From positions 992,001 through 1,056,000 of the forward strand of contig CBDCRP010000003.1 of NCBI GenBank assembly GCA_965221165.1: 64,000 nt of DNA, read 5' to 3'. Position numbers and translations under genes: made by a program. Below are positions 39,920 to 49,986 of the stretch, piece after piece (the stretch's first letter is position 1; each line of letters opens with the position of its first letter). The notes below the pieces were generated by a model. That model was not told the origin of the DNA, did not search any database, and worked only from the letters and a program-made list of their open reading frames with translations. The stretch comes from a bacterium. Its GTDB lineage: Bacteria; UBA8248.

Positions 39920-40286
39920 CGTTCTCGCCGCAGCCTTGTTGCTGGGAGGCGCGTTCTTCATGCTGGTCGCCAGCGTAGGCCTCCTCCGCCTGCCCGACGT
40001 CTATTGCCGCATGCACGCCGCCACCAAGGCCACGACTTTCGGCATGGGCGGCATCCTCCTGGGCGCGAGCATCATCTTTCAGAGCGTCACCGTCACGACG
40101 CAGGCGTTTCTGGCCGTTTTCTTCCTGTTCCTGACGGCGCCCGTCGCCGCGCACCTGATATCGAGGGCGGCCTACAAGCGCGGACCCGACCTGTGCCCCG
40201 AGACCACGCACGATGAATACGGGAAATATCTGGAGGGGCGAAAGGCGGAGGAAAACCCCTCGCCCGGGGGTGGGAACGAGGGATAA
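39912..40286 (+). CDS. mrpG: Mrp subunit G
   Basis: GLLRLPDVYCRMHAATKATTFG, LTAPVAAH. Confidence 0.93.
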   Translation: MSDVLAAALLLGGAFFMLVASVGLLRLPDVYCRMHAATKATTFGMGGILLGASIIFQSVTVTTQAFLAVFFLFLTAPVAAHLISRAAYKRGPDLCPETTHDEYGKYLEGRKAEENPSPGGGNEG

Positions 40287-40475
40287 CGCATCGCCGACGC
40301 CATCGAGCGCCTGCCGCTCATCGTGTATCCCTCCTCCATCGGCGGCATACATTGCGCCACTTTTGAGACGTTTTTTATGATATAATCATGCAACCTGAGA
40401 TAAACCTTATTCATTGAGAATCGTTAACGCTTCAAGACACGAGTCCCCTTAGAGAAAACGAGGAGGAATAATCCA

Positions 40476-41825
40476 ATGGCAACAAAAAAAACGACTTTCT
40501 GGATCATCGCCTTCGGCTTTGCGCTAGCCGTCCTGGCGGCGCCCTTCGGCGCAATCGCGCTCGAGAAGAAACTCGTCATCGTCACGTCCTACCCGCCGGA
40601 TACGACGACCACCGTCAAAAAGGCTTTCGAGAAGAAACATCCCGGCATCAAGGTCGAGATGCTCAAGAAAAAGACCACGGCCGGCATCAAGTATTTACAG
40701 GAGACCGCCTCCAACAACAGGTCCGACATGTTCTGGGCCTCAGCACCCGACGCTTTCGAAGTGCTCAAGGGCGACAACCTTCTGCAGAAGTACAAGGTCA
40801 AGATCAAGGGCATTCCCAAGAATGTGGGCGCCTTCCCGATCAACGACCCCGAGGGTTACTACAAGGGGTTCGCGGCATCGGGCTACGGCATCATGTGGAA
40901 CACCCGCTACCTCAAGGCCAAGAAGCTGCCGGCGCCGAAGACCTGGGCCGATCTGGCCAAACCCGTCTACCACGGCCACGTCGGCATGAGCGCGCCGTCG
41001 CGTTCCGGCACCACCCACCTGACGGTGGAGACTCTCTTGCAGGGCAAGGGCTGGGAGAAAGGCTGGGCCGAGTGGAAGGCCATCGCCGGGAACTTCAAGA
41101 CCGTCACCGAGCGCAGCTTCGGCGTGCCCGACGGCGTCAACTCGGGTCAGTTCGGCCTCGGCATCGTGATCGATTTCTTCGGCCTCTCGTCCGAGGCTTC
41201 GGGATTCCCGGTCATGTTCATCTATCCGCCGGTGACGACCCTGGTGCCCGCCAACATCGCCATCGTCAAGGACGCGCCGCATCCCAAGGCCGCCGCGGCA
41301 TTCATCGAATTCCTGCTCTCGCCCGCTGGCCAGGAAGTCCTGCTCGACCCGAAAATCAGGCGACTGCCCGTGAACCCGGCGACCTACGCCAAAGCGCCCG
41401 CCGGCTTCCCCAACCCGTTCAAGGACAAGTCCATCGGCGCCGCGGTCAAGTTCGACCTGCAACTCTCCAAAAACCGCTACAACGTCATCAACTCCCTGTT
41501 CGACGTGATGGTCACCTACCGCCTCAAGGATCTGCGCGCGGCCACCAAGGCGATCCAGACCGCAGAGGCGCAAATGGGCGGCAAGTCCAACATGGCGGCC
41601 AAGAAGCTGATCGACGAGGCCAGGGCGCTCGTGACCAAAGTGCCCATCACCGCCGCCCAGGCGAGCAAAAAGGACTTCAACCGCATATTCAAGAAGAAGC
41701 GCAAGAAGGCGACCACCAAGGTGACCGGCCGCCAGGCCGAGATCGAGCAGGGCTGGGACACCCAGGTCAAGGCCAACTACGCCAAGGCGAAGGCCCTGGC
41801 CGAGAAGGCGGCGTCCATGCTCTAA
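40476..41825 (+). CDS. ABC transporter substrate-binding protein (Fe3+/PgtC-like family)
   Basis: Signal peptide, DMFWASAPDAF, PSRSGTTHL; GGAGG RBS. Confidence 0.88.
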   Translation: MATKKTTFWIIAFGFALAVLAAPFGAIALEKKLVIVTSYPPDTTTTVKKAFEKKHPGIKVEMLKKKTTAGIKYLQETASNNRSDMFWASAPDAFEVLKGDNLLQKYKVKIKGIPKNVGAFPINDPEGYYKGFAASGYGIMWNTRYLKAKKLPAPKTWADLAKPVYHGHVGMSAPSRSGTTHLTVETLLQGKGWEKGWAEWKAIAGNFKTVTERSFGVPDGVNSGQFGLGIVIDFFGLSSEASGFPVMFIYPPVTTLVPANIAIVKDAPHPKAAAAFIEFLLSPAGQEVLLDPKIRRLPVNPATYAKAPAGFPNPFKDKSIGAAVKFDLQLSKNRYNVINSLFDVMVTYRLKDLRAATKAIQTAEAQMGGKSNMAAKKLIDEARALVTKVPITAAQASKKDFNRIFKKKRKKATTKVTGRQAEIEQGWDTQVKANYAKAKALAEKAASML

Positions 41826-41858
41826 CCCTCGTTTTGCGGGATCGAGGAAGGGGGGAGA

Positions 41859-43574
41859 ATGTCCTGGGACGCGATGGCGCGCGGCCAATGGGGACCCGCG
41901 GTGGTGGCCCTTATCGTGGGGCTGTTTCTGTTCGCTTTCCTCGTCGTGCCGGTGCTCAACGTAATCTACGTCGCTTTCCAGGACCCCAACACGGGCGCGT
42001 TGACGCTCATCAATTTCGTCGACTTTTTCAGGACCAGCCTGTTTCAGGAATCCTCCATCAACTCGATCTACGTCGCCTTGATGTCGGTGGTGCTGGCGTC
42101 GTGCTTCGCTCTGCCGCTCGCCTATTTCACGACGCGCTTCCACTTCGGAGGCGCCCTCCTGATTCAGACCCTCGGCGTGATCCCGCTGATCATGCCGCCC
42201 TTCGTCGGCGCCGTGGCGATGCTCTTGCTGCTCGGCGAGAACGGATCGCTCAACCTGATGCTGGACGAGTGGTTCGGCTTCACCATCCCGTTCATGGAAG
42301 GGCTCAACGGCGTCATCCTGGTCGAAAGCATCCACTATTTCCCGTTCATCCTCATCAATCTCTCGGCCTCGCTCAACAACATCGACCGGGCGATGGAGGA
42401 ATCGGCCCAGAACCTCGGGTCCAGCGGGGTGCGCCTGTTCCGCCGCATCGTGTTTCCGCTGGCCATGCCCGGCTACGTCGCCGGCGCGTCCCTGGTATTT
42501 CTGAAGGTGTTCGACGACATCGGCACGCCGCTGCTGCTCAACGTCAACAACATGCTCGCGCCCCAGGCCTACCTGCGCATCTCTTCCATCGGCATCTCGG
42601 ACCCCATGGGCTACGTGATCTCGGTAATCCTGGTCGTATTCTCTCTGCTGGCGCTGTGGACCTCGTTTCTGGCGCTGCGGGGCAAGGATTACGCCACCGT
42701 GCAGAAGGGCGGAGGAGGGTTGATGAAACGCGACCTCAGACCCTGGGAGAAGGCCGCCTGCTACGGCGTCGTCGTCTTCATCCTATTGTTGGTGCTCTCG
42801 CCGCACTTCGGCCTCGCCGTCTTGTCTTTCGGCACGGTGTGGTCGTTCAGCGTCCTGCCCGACGCCTACACCGCCGCGCACTACTTGCGGGTGATCTCGA
42901 CCTCCTCGGAGTTCATCACCAACACGCTGCTCTACGCCGGCCTCGCCGCCACTATCGACGTCGTATTCGGCACGGCCATCGCCTACATCGTCTGGCGCAC
43001 CAAGCTGGTCGGCCGGCAATGGCTCGACTACGCCGCCATGGGGGCGGTGGCGATTCCCGGCGTTGTTCTGGGCATCGGCTATCTGCGCACCTTCTACCAG
43101 TTTAACGTGCCGATCATCGACAAGCCCCTGGCGTCGTGGTGGGTGATCATCGTCGTCGCCCTCGCCATCCGGCGGCTGCCCTACGCGCTGCGCGCCTGCG
43201 TCGCGGCTCTGCAGCAGATCAGCGTGATGCTCGAAGAGGCGAGTGAGAACCTCGGCGCGACCAAGGGCCGCACCATCCGCCGAATCGTCGTGCCGCTGAT
43301 GTCGGGCGGCATCGTCGCCGGCTTCGTCACGAGCTTCGCCACCGCATCGGTCGAACTCTCGACGACGATCATGCTGGTGTCCCAGGAATCGGACGCTCCG
43401 CTCGCCTTCGGCATCTACGAGTTCATGCAGTCGGCGGCGGGCCGTGGCCCCGGTGCGGCTCTCGGCATCATCGCCGTGGTCATCGTCGGGATCGCCACCT
43501 ACGTCTCGCACCGGATCATCCAGCGCAAGGATATGCAGCGAACGCCCGAGATGGCCGTCGTCGCGGGAGCCTGA
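41859..43574 (+). CDS. ABC transporter permease (FbpB-like, duplicated domain)
   Basis: Two EAA-type motifs (MEESAQNLG, LEEASENLG). Confidence 0.93.
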   Translation: MSWDAMARGQWGPAVVALIVGLFLFAFLVVPVLNVIYVAFQDPNTGALTLINFVDFFRTSLFQESSINSIYVALMSVVLASCFALPLAYFTTRFHFGGALLIQTLGVIPLIMPPFVGAVAMLLLLGENGSLNLMLDEWFGFTIPFMEGLNGVILVESIHYFPFILINLSASLNNIDRAMEESAQNLGSSGVRLFRRIVFPLAMPGYVAGASLVFLKVFDDIGTPLLLNVNNMLAPQAYLRISSIGISDPMGYVISVILVVFSLLALWTSFLALRGKDYATVQKGGGGLMKRDLRPWEKAACYGVVVFILLLVLSPHFGLAVLSFGTVWSFSVLPDAYTAAHYLRVISTSSEFITNTLLYAGLAATIDVVFGTAIAYIVWRTKLVGRQWLDYAAMGAVAIPGVVLGIGYLRTFYQFNVPIIDKPLASWWVIIVVALAIRRLPYALRACVAALQQISVMLEEASENLGATKGRTIRRIVVPLMSGGIVAGFVTSFATASVELSTTIMLVSQESDAPLAFGIYEFMQSAAGRGPGAALGIIAVVIVGIATYVSHRIIQRKDMQRTPEMAVVAGA

Positions 43575-43576
43575 CC

Positions 43577-44659
43577 ATGAGAGCAGAAACCGCCGCCAGC
43601 GTCGTCATCGAACAACTGAGCCTCGCCTACGATACGACCGAAGTCCTCAAGGACATCGACCTGCGCATCGAACCGGGCGAGTTGTTCACCTTCCTGGGTC
43701 CGTCGGGGTCCGGCAAATCGACCCTGCTGCGCGCGGTCGCCGGCTTCGGCCCGGCGCCTCGCGGGCGCATCTTCATCGGCGAGGACGACGTGACCCGGCT
43801 GCCGCCCTGGCGGCGCAACGTCGGCATGGTGTTTCAGTCCTACGCGCTGTGGCCGCACATGACGGTGCGCAAGAACGTCGCATTCGGCCTCGAGGAGAGA
43901 AAGACGCCCGCCGCCGAGATTCCGAAGCGGGTCGACGCCGCACTGGATATGGTCGGGCTTCTCGAACTGGGGGAGCGGCGTCCCTCGCAGCTATCCGGCG
44001 GGCAGCAGCAAAGGGTCGCGCTGGCCCGCACCATCGTCGTCGAGCCCCGGGTGCTGTTGCTCGACGAACCCCTCTCGAACCTCGACGCCAACCTGCGCAT
44101 ACAGATGCGCCGCGAGATTCTGGATCTGCAGCGGGAGCTCAAGCTGACCACCATCTTCGTCACCCACGATCAGGAAGAGGCCAACACGATCTCGGACCGG
44201 ATCGCGGTGCTCGACGCCGGGATACTGCAACAGGTGGGATTGCCCATCGAACTCTATGACGAGCCTCTCAATCGCTTCGTAGCCGATTTTCTCGGCACCG
44301 CGAACCTCATCGACGGACGGGTCGAGACGACGGCGGAGGGCGCGCGCTTCGTGGCGGCCAGCGGCATCACCCTGCCCCTGGCGGGTGACGCCCATGCGCC
44401 GGGCGAGAACCGAACCGCCATGTTCCGGCCCCAGGACATGGTCATCGCCGCGCCGGAGGAGACTGTCGCCGGGCTCGCCTTCACCGGCCGGGTGGGGCAC
44501 CGCGAATTCCTCGGCAATCTCCTGCGCTACACCGTGGCGGTCGGCGGCGACATGCTGTTGGTCGACGAGACCCACCACTCGGACGGCCGCGCTTTCTCCG
44601 TCGGCGACGACGTCGTCATCGGCCTCGACGTCGAACAGGTCCGCATCCTGAAGCGCTGA
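43577..44659 (+). CDS. ABC transporter ATPase (FbpC/PotA-like with TOBE domain)
   Basis: GPSGSGKS, LSGGQQQR, LLLDEP, VTHDQEEA. Confidence 0.95.
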   Translation: MRAETAASVVIEQLSLAYDTTEVLKDIDLRIEPGELFTFLGPSGSGKSTLLRAVAGFGPAPRGRIFIGEDDVTRLPPWRRNVGMVFQSYALWPHMTVRKNVAFGLEERKTPAAEIPKRVDAALDMVGLLELGERRPSQLSGGQQQRVALARTIVVEPRVLLLDEPLSNLDANLRIQMRREILDLQRELKLTTIFVTHDQEEANTISDRIAVLDAGILQQVGLPIELYDEPLNRFVADFLGTANLIDGRVETTAEGARFVAASGITLPLAGDAHAPGENRTAMFRPQDMVIAAPEETVAGLAFTGRVGHREFLGNLLRYTVAVGGDMLLVDETHHSDGRAFSVGDDVVIGLDVEQVRILKR

Positions 44660-45072
44660 GGCGGACGGTCGTAAAATTTCCCCGGACCGCCGCAGCGGTT
44701 CACAGCCCCAATCTGTGCCTCGCAACCACACACGATGACCCGGAGAAGCAAAAGACGCAGGAAACCGGCGCGGCCGAGGATGCGGATGTCTGATGAGACC
44801 GGGGAAACAGGTTGAGCAAATACCGCCCGAGCAGGATGAAGCAAAGAAAATATCGAAAACGAGGCGCTTGAATTTGATCTTCTCACCGAATTGGGCTACA
44901 TGAATTCCGGGCGCGGCGGAGTCCAAAGCCGATACCCCGAAATTCATGAATCCGTAGCCTGGGGGAAGGCGTTTTTTGTTGACTCAGGCATATTGTTGAC
45001 CTACCATTTTGATGGTTTTGGGGGCTTATTTGTGTATCGGCTGCAGTAACGAGTCTTTTTCAGGATAGTGCG

Positions 45073-46251
45073 ATGGCAGAATTGTCGATACCAACCGCCT
45101 ATCGCGAAGGTTATGAAAGGGTTCGCGCGGTACATCCGGATCTCGCCGCAAAGTATATCGAACAAACAACCATTGATGATCCCTTCGCCGATGCCGTCAT
45201 CGACGCACTCGCCGCGTTCGCCCCTGAAGACGCCAACCGCTTCATCAAGGCATGCATGCAGCAAGACGAGAAGGTTCTGGCGGATGCGCCGGACGTGCTC
45301 CACAACTTTTTCGATGATCTGGAAAAGAAACCGGTGTGGTTCGACCCGCAAGCGCTCTACCCCGGCTACCGCGCCTTCCACGCCCATTCGGATCTGTTCA
45401 TCCCCGCGTTCTTCCTGGTCTCGGTGCGAAGCGCCTCCACCCTGATCGGCAAGTCGTTCTACGCCAGCGGAAGGGTTCTGGGCGGTTTCGGCATGCGCCG
45501 GATCCGGCAGAACACGAGGCACTTCATTGAAATCATGCTCCCCGACGCGCTCGAGCGTCAGGGAGACGGCTGGAAACTCTCCGTCCGCATCCGGCTGGTG
45601 CATGCGCGGCTCAGACGATTGATTCGCGACGAGAGCGACTGGGACGAATCCGTATACGGCGCGCCGCTCAGTTCCGCGCACATGGCGCTCGCTTCCGCCA
45701 ATTTCTCCGCGACCATGCTCTCGCATGCCGAAATTCTCGGGGCGAAGCTGGATGAAGCGACGCGCAACGGCTTCATGCAGGCATGGAGATACGCTTCGTA
45801 TCTGATCGGAACGCCCGAACGCCTTTTGTTCGAGGGCGACTATGAAAAAACCCTGGAATTCGCCCGTATCGCGACTTTGTGCGAGCCGCCGCCCAACGAA
45901 GAGTCGGCCGCCGTTGCGAACGCCATGATCAGCGTCTTGCCCCTGATCGCCGGCAAAACCGGTTTCGCCGAGCAGGAAGCCATGGTAAGGCACGTATGCA
46001 GGGTCTCCCGAGCGGTGCTGGGCGACGAACTCTCGGACAAACTCTCATTGCCCAAGATGCACACCAAGGGGTTGTTGCAATGGATGAAATGGTCTCGCCG
46101 GGTACAGGGGGCGGCCCACAATATAGCGCCTGACCTCGGCAAGAAGTGGCAGGGAACCAATTTCGCCTTTCTGCTCAAGGCGTCGATGCTCGAAGAGTTG
46201 AGATACCAGTTGCCGGACCACCTCGACACGGAAAAAGCCGCCCCGTGGTGA
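45073..46251 (+). CDS. Oxygenase MpaB/DUF2236 family protein
   Basis: DDPFADAVI, GDGWKLSVRIRLVHARLR, WDESVYGAPLS, WRYASYLIG. Confidence 0.85.
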   Translation: MAELSIPTAYREGYERVRAVHPDLAAKYIEQTTIDDPFADAVIDALAAFAPEDANRFIKACMQQDEKVLADAPDVLHNFFDDLEKKPVWFDPQALYPGYRAFHAHSDLFIPAFFLVSVRSASTLIGKSFYASGRVLGGFGMRRIRQNTRHFIEIMLPDALERQGDGWKLSVRIRLVHARLRRLIRDESDWDESVYGAPLSSAHMALASANFSATMLSHAEILGAKLDEATRNGFMQAWRYASYLIGTPERLLFEGDYEKTLEFARIATLCEPPPNEESAAVANAMISVLPLIAGKTGFAEQEAMVRHVCRVSRAVLGDELSDKLSLPKMHTKGLLQWMKWSRRVQGAAHNIAPDLGKKWQGTNFAFLLKASMLEELRYQLPDHLDTEKAAPW

Positions 46252-46484
46252 AGCCCCCGGCATCCTCCCCGTATTCGTACCGAGCACCGGAAGGTGCGGT
46301 TCGACGATGGTGTCGAACATTCTGAACGTGCATCCGCGTGTTTTGAGCCTCCCGGATTTTCCGCTACGCCGCAACGCCATCCTGAAATCCCCCGAAAAGA
46401 CCGACCGGGCTTGCCATTCCCGCGCCGATGGTGGATTCTCCCCCGAAATTCAGAGTCGCATCATGAAGTCTGGAGTCAAAACGA

Positions 46485-47357
46485 ATGTCGGAACCAAAGA
46501 GCGTTTTCATCGAAAGGGGGGGCGTGCGGCTGCACGCCCTGGACCACGGAGGCGGGGGGGAGGACAAACCCGTCATCCTGATGCTGCACGGCGCTGCGGC
46601 CCATGCGCGCTGGTGGGATCATATCGCCCCCCGTTACAAGGACATGTTCCGGCCCGTGGCGACGGATCATCGCGGCCACGGGGACAACGAATGGCTGAGT
46701 GAATACGTCTTCGAGGACCTTCTGCGCGACGTGGCCGCCTGGGTGGAATGGGCCAAGGCGGCCAGCGGGAGGAAACCCTGGCTCTTGGCCCATTCGATGG
46801 GAGGCGTCATCGCGCTCAACCTCTTCGCTCTCGCGCCTCCCGACGTGGAGGGCCTCGTCATCGTGGATTCTCCGCTCAGGACGACGGACGCGATTCTCGC
46901 CGAGGTGCGCGCCTTCGGGAACCGGCCGGCCAGACCCTGGGCATCACGGGAGTTGTTCGTGGAGAAATTCAGGCTCCTGCCCGCATCGGACAAGGTGAAA
47001 CCCGAGACCATCGCCCACATCGCGCGCCACGCCGTGAAGCCCAACGGCGACGGCGCGTGGACGGTGAAGGCGGACAGGAGTTTTCACGCCACGCGCCCCG
47101 AGACGGATCAGCGCGCAGGCTGGCTGCGCGTCAAAATCCCCGCCCTGCTCGTGGCGGGAGAACTCTCGGATCGACTGAAATCAGACTCGCTCGACTGGGT
47201 GCGGGAGAAAGTACCCCACGTGGAAACCACCGTGATTCCGGGCGCGCACCACCACGTGTTCATGGACGAACCCGATGCGTTCATCCGCGTCACGCGCGAG
47301 TTTTTGGAGAGGATGATTCCCCGCGCGAGCGAGCGGAGCGCACCCCTAACGGCCTGA
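46485..47357 (+). CDS. Alpha/beta fold hydrolase
   Basis: MLHG, DHRGHG, AHSMGG, GAHHHVFMD. Confidence 0.9.
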   Translation: MSEPKSVFIERGGVRLHALDHGGGGEDKPVILMLHGAAAHARWWDHIAPRYKDMFRPVATDHRGHGDNEWLSEYVFEDLLRDVAAWVEWAKAASGRKPWLLAHSMGGVIALNLFALAPPDVEGLVIVDSPLRTTDAILAEVRAFGNRPARPWASRELFVEKFRLLPASDKVKPETIAHIARHAVKPNGDGAWTVKADRSFHATRPETDQRAGWLRVKIPALLVAGELSDRLKSDSLDWVREKVPHVETTVIPGAHHHVFMDEPDAFIRVTREFLERMIPRASERSAPLTA

Positions 47358-47447
47358 AATCTTATACGCCCCCTATTTCCAGCCGCGCCTTCCCGGGACC
47401 ACCACGGAATGACGGATCAAAATCCTACTCCGTGAATCGAAATGAAC

Positions 47448-48128
47448 CCGTAGTGACAACCCCTCCTCGGGGTTGTCCCACAGGCCTCTGTGCCTGTCCG
47501 ACGAAGGACAACTTCGGAGGGTTTACCATCGCTCCCGCAAACCGAAACAGACGGGCGGATGCGTAGATCCGACCCTGCCCAAACCTTGATCCGGCGAACC
47601 GAAATATGTAGGTGGCGGTTCCTCCTCGGGACCGCCCCACGCATATATGCGACCCATCGTGAAATACATCCCCGACACGCCGAAGACGACACTCGTGGAA
47701 ACTCGCCCCCGCTCAGACGGGCCGCATGTATGGGGTTGTTGAAAAGTGCTCCAAAAACAGGGAATGGATTTCTCAGTCGACATACGCTTATGAAATGACT
47801 CCCCCCCTTGAGGGGGTTGTTGAAAAAACCCTCCTCGGTCGGAATTGACCACCGCCGTCATTCCGGCGAAAGCTGGTGACAACCGAGAGGTTGGCCATTG
47901 CCGAGCGGAATAACAATACTCCGGCTTTTCATCTCCCCGTAATTGGCAGGAATCAATCAGAAAATAAAAACAAAGGCAAAACACATGGATTCCGGCTTTC
48001 GCCGGAATGACGAACAAAGCCGCACCGCCTCGTAGTGACAGCCCCTCCTCGGGGCTGTCCCACTGTCCCTCCTCGGGGCTGTCCCACAGGTCGCGACCTC
48101 GGACAGGCACAGGGGCCTGTCCGCTACG
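47448..48128. repeat. Large REP-like mosaic containing isolated IS-end-like sequences
   Basis: GTAGTGACAACCC..GGGTTGTCCC, GCATATATGC, GTCATTCCGGC/GCCGGAATGAC; GGGGTTGTTGAAAA at 47732 and 47813. Confidence 0.8.
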
Positions 48129-48206
48129 GACCCCCCTCCCCGGTCGGCTCCATTCGCCGAATCACGAAATCATGACTTTTTCAACAATCCCCTGCAGGAC
48201 ACCTTC

Positions 48207-49886
48207 TTACTCCGTCACGGCGAGGGGCGCCATGGCCTCGATGTCGCTCACGCAGTCGATGACGACGGGCCTGTTCGCGCTGAACGCCTGGTCGAGCGCG
48301 CTCTTGAGCTCACCCGGTTTTTCCACCCGGATGCCCAGCGCGCCCATGGATTCGGCGATTTCGGCGAAATTCACTTCGCTGAGCTTCCAGAGCTCATAGG
48401 CCTGCTCGGTCTGCTCGCCGCCGTAGGCGCGATCGAAGCCGCGCTTGGACTGGTTGCCCGAAGCGTTGTTGTTCACCAGCGTCACCGCGTTTATCTTCCA
48501 GCGCACGGCGGTCTCGATCTCCGAAAGATGATACCAGAAACCCGAATCGCCGTTGAAGGCGAGCACCGGCCTCTCGGGAACGGCGCACTTGGCTCCGAGG
48601 CCCGCCGAGAAGGCCCAGCCCAGGTGGCCCGCGCTGCGCATGTAGCTTTGATCCGGATGCGAGAGGTCGTACATGCCGCCCATCCACATGCCCGAATGGC
48701 CCGTATCGCCCAGCACGATGCAGTCCGAAGGCAGCGAATCCGTCAACTCCTGGCAGATGCGCTCAGGGCGCATGGGGGCAGCGTCCGATTCGAGATATTC
48801 CCTGAACTCATCACGCCATCCCTGGACGAATCCTTGGGCTTTATCCACCCAGTTCGCTCGCGAGGCTGCGGATTCCGCGTTTGCCGCGTCGGCCATTTTC
48901 TGCAGGCTCACCCTGGCGTCGCCCAGAACCGCCGCTTGCAAGGGATAGTTGCGGGCAAGGGCTTCCGGTTCGATGTCCAGTTGTATGGCGGGCGTGCCGA
49001 TGGGGGGCACGGCCCAGAAGTGCGTCGTCATGCCGCCCGTCTCGGTGCCGACGAAAAAGACCAGGTCGGCGGCGTTCACGACCCTGTTCGCGCTCTTTCT
49101 CGAATAGGTGCCCACCACGCCGACGGAGAGCGGGTGATTTCCCGGAATGTTGTCCTTACCGTTCAAGGAAGTCGCCACCGGTATGTTCAGCTTCTCGGCC
49201 AGGACGATGAGTTCTTTCGACGCACCCGATGAACGCACGCCGCCGCCTGCGACGATGACGGGGCGCTCTGCCTTTTCCAGCAGTTCGACCGCTTTTTTCA
49301 CGCGCGCCGGCTCGGGTTCTGGCCGATAGGGGGGAAGCTCCTTGAAATCCTCTTCGATGATCACCTCCATCTCGGCCTCTCCGATGTCGAGCTGGCCCTC
49401 GTTGCCCGCGAATTGCAGATGCACCGGCCCCGGACACCCCGAGGTGGCCACTCGGAAAGCCTGGCGGAGCATGTCGGGAAAGCGCGAGGCGTCGTCCACC
49501 GTGGCGTTGAACTTCGTCACCGGCTCGAAGGCGGGAACGTCGTCCACTTCCTGATAAACCTTTCTGAACTTGGTCTCGGGCACGCGCCCGCCCGTGAAGG
49601 CCAAGACGGGGGATTTCGCCAGATAGGCGTCCCGCAGGCCCGCCGCCAGATTCAGCGCGCCGATGACCTGCGCCATGCAGACGCCGGGCTTCTTGCCCGC
49701 GCGCGCGTAGCCGTCCGCCATGTAGGCGGCGGATTTCTCGCCGTGCGTCTGGATTCTGGCGATGTTCGTGCGCTCTTCCATCTCGGCCATCGAGCGTCTG
49801 AGAACGGCGGGAACCAAAAACGTGTGAGTCACGCCATAACCCTTGAGCATCTCGGCCATGACCCGGGCGCCTGTCATTTTAGGCAT
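48207..49886 (-). CDS. Thiamine-diphosphate-dependent enzyme (acetolactate synthase-like)
   Basis: EKSAAYMADGYAR, PGPVHL, GDSG-x24-NN TPP motif; AGGAG RBS. Confidence 0.92.
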   Translation of the reverse strand: MPKMTGARVMAEMLKGYGVTHTFLVPAVLRRSMAEMEERTNIARIQTHGEKSAAYMADGYARAGKKPGVCMAQVIGALNLAAGLRDAYLAKSPVLAFTGGRVPETKFRKVYQEVDDVPAFEPVTKFNATVDDASRFPDMLRQAFRVATSGCPGPVHLQFAGNEGQLDIGEAEMEVIIEEDFKELPPYRPEPEPARVKKAVELLEKAERPVIVAGGGVRSSGASKELIVLAEKLNIPVATSLNGKDNIPGNHPLSVGVVGTYSRKSANRVVNAADLVFFVGTETGGMTTHFWAVPPIGTPAIQLDIEPEALARNYPLQAAVLGDARVSLQKMADAANAESAASRANWVDKAQGFVQGWRDEFREYLESDAAPMRPERICQELTDSLPSDCIVLGDTGHSGMWMGGMYDLSHPDQSYMRSAGHLGWAFSAGLGAKCAVPERPVLAFNGDSGFWYHLSEIETAVRWKINAVTLVNNNASGNQSKRGFDRAYGGEQTEQAYELWKLSEVNFAEIAESMGALGIRVEKPGELKSALDQAFSANRPVVIDCVSDIEAMAPLAVTE

Positions 49887-49986
49887 TCGCGATTTCTCCT
49901 TGTCTGTACACAAAAATTTTTCAGGACGACGAAATATGAAACCACCCGTTTCGGGTTTTTCAGGGAATACCGGATAGAATTATCAG

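Noticed and set aside
34502-40286. Mrp operon as a novel complex or hydrogenase module
   Set aside because: Canonical seven-gene mrpABCDEFG with no extra subunits.
40740-43105. 736-aa (+) and 531-aa (-) ORFs
   Set aside because: Alternate-frame shadows of the ABC transporter genes; the + one is strongly Arg-biased.
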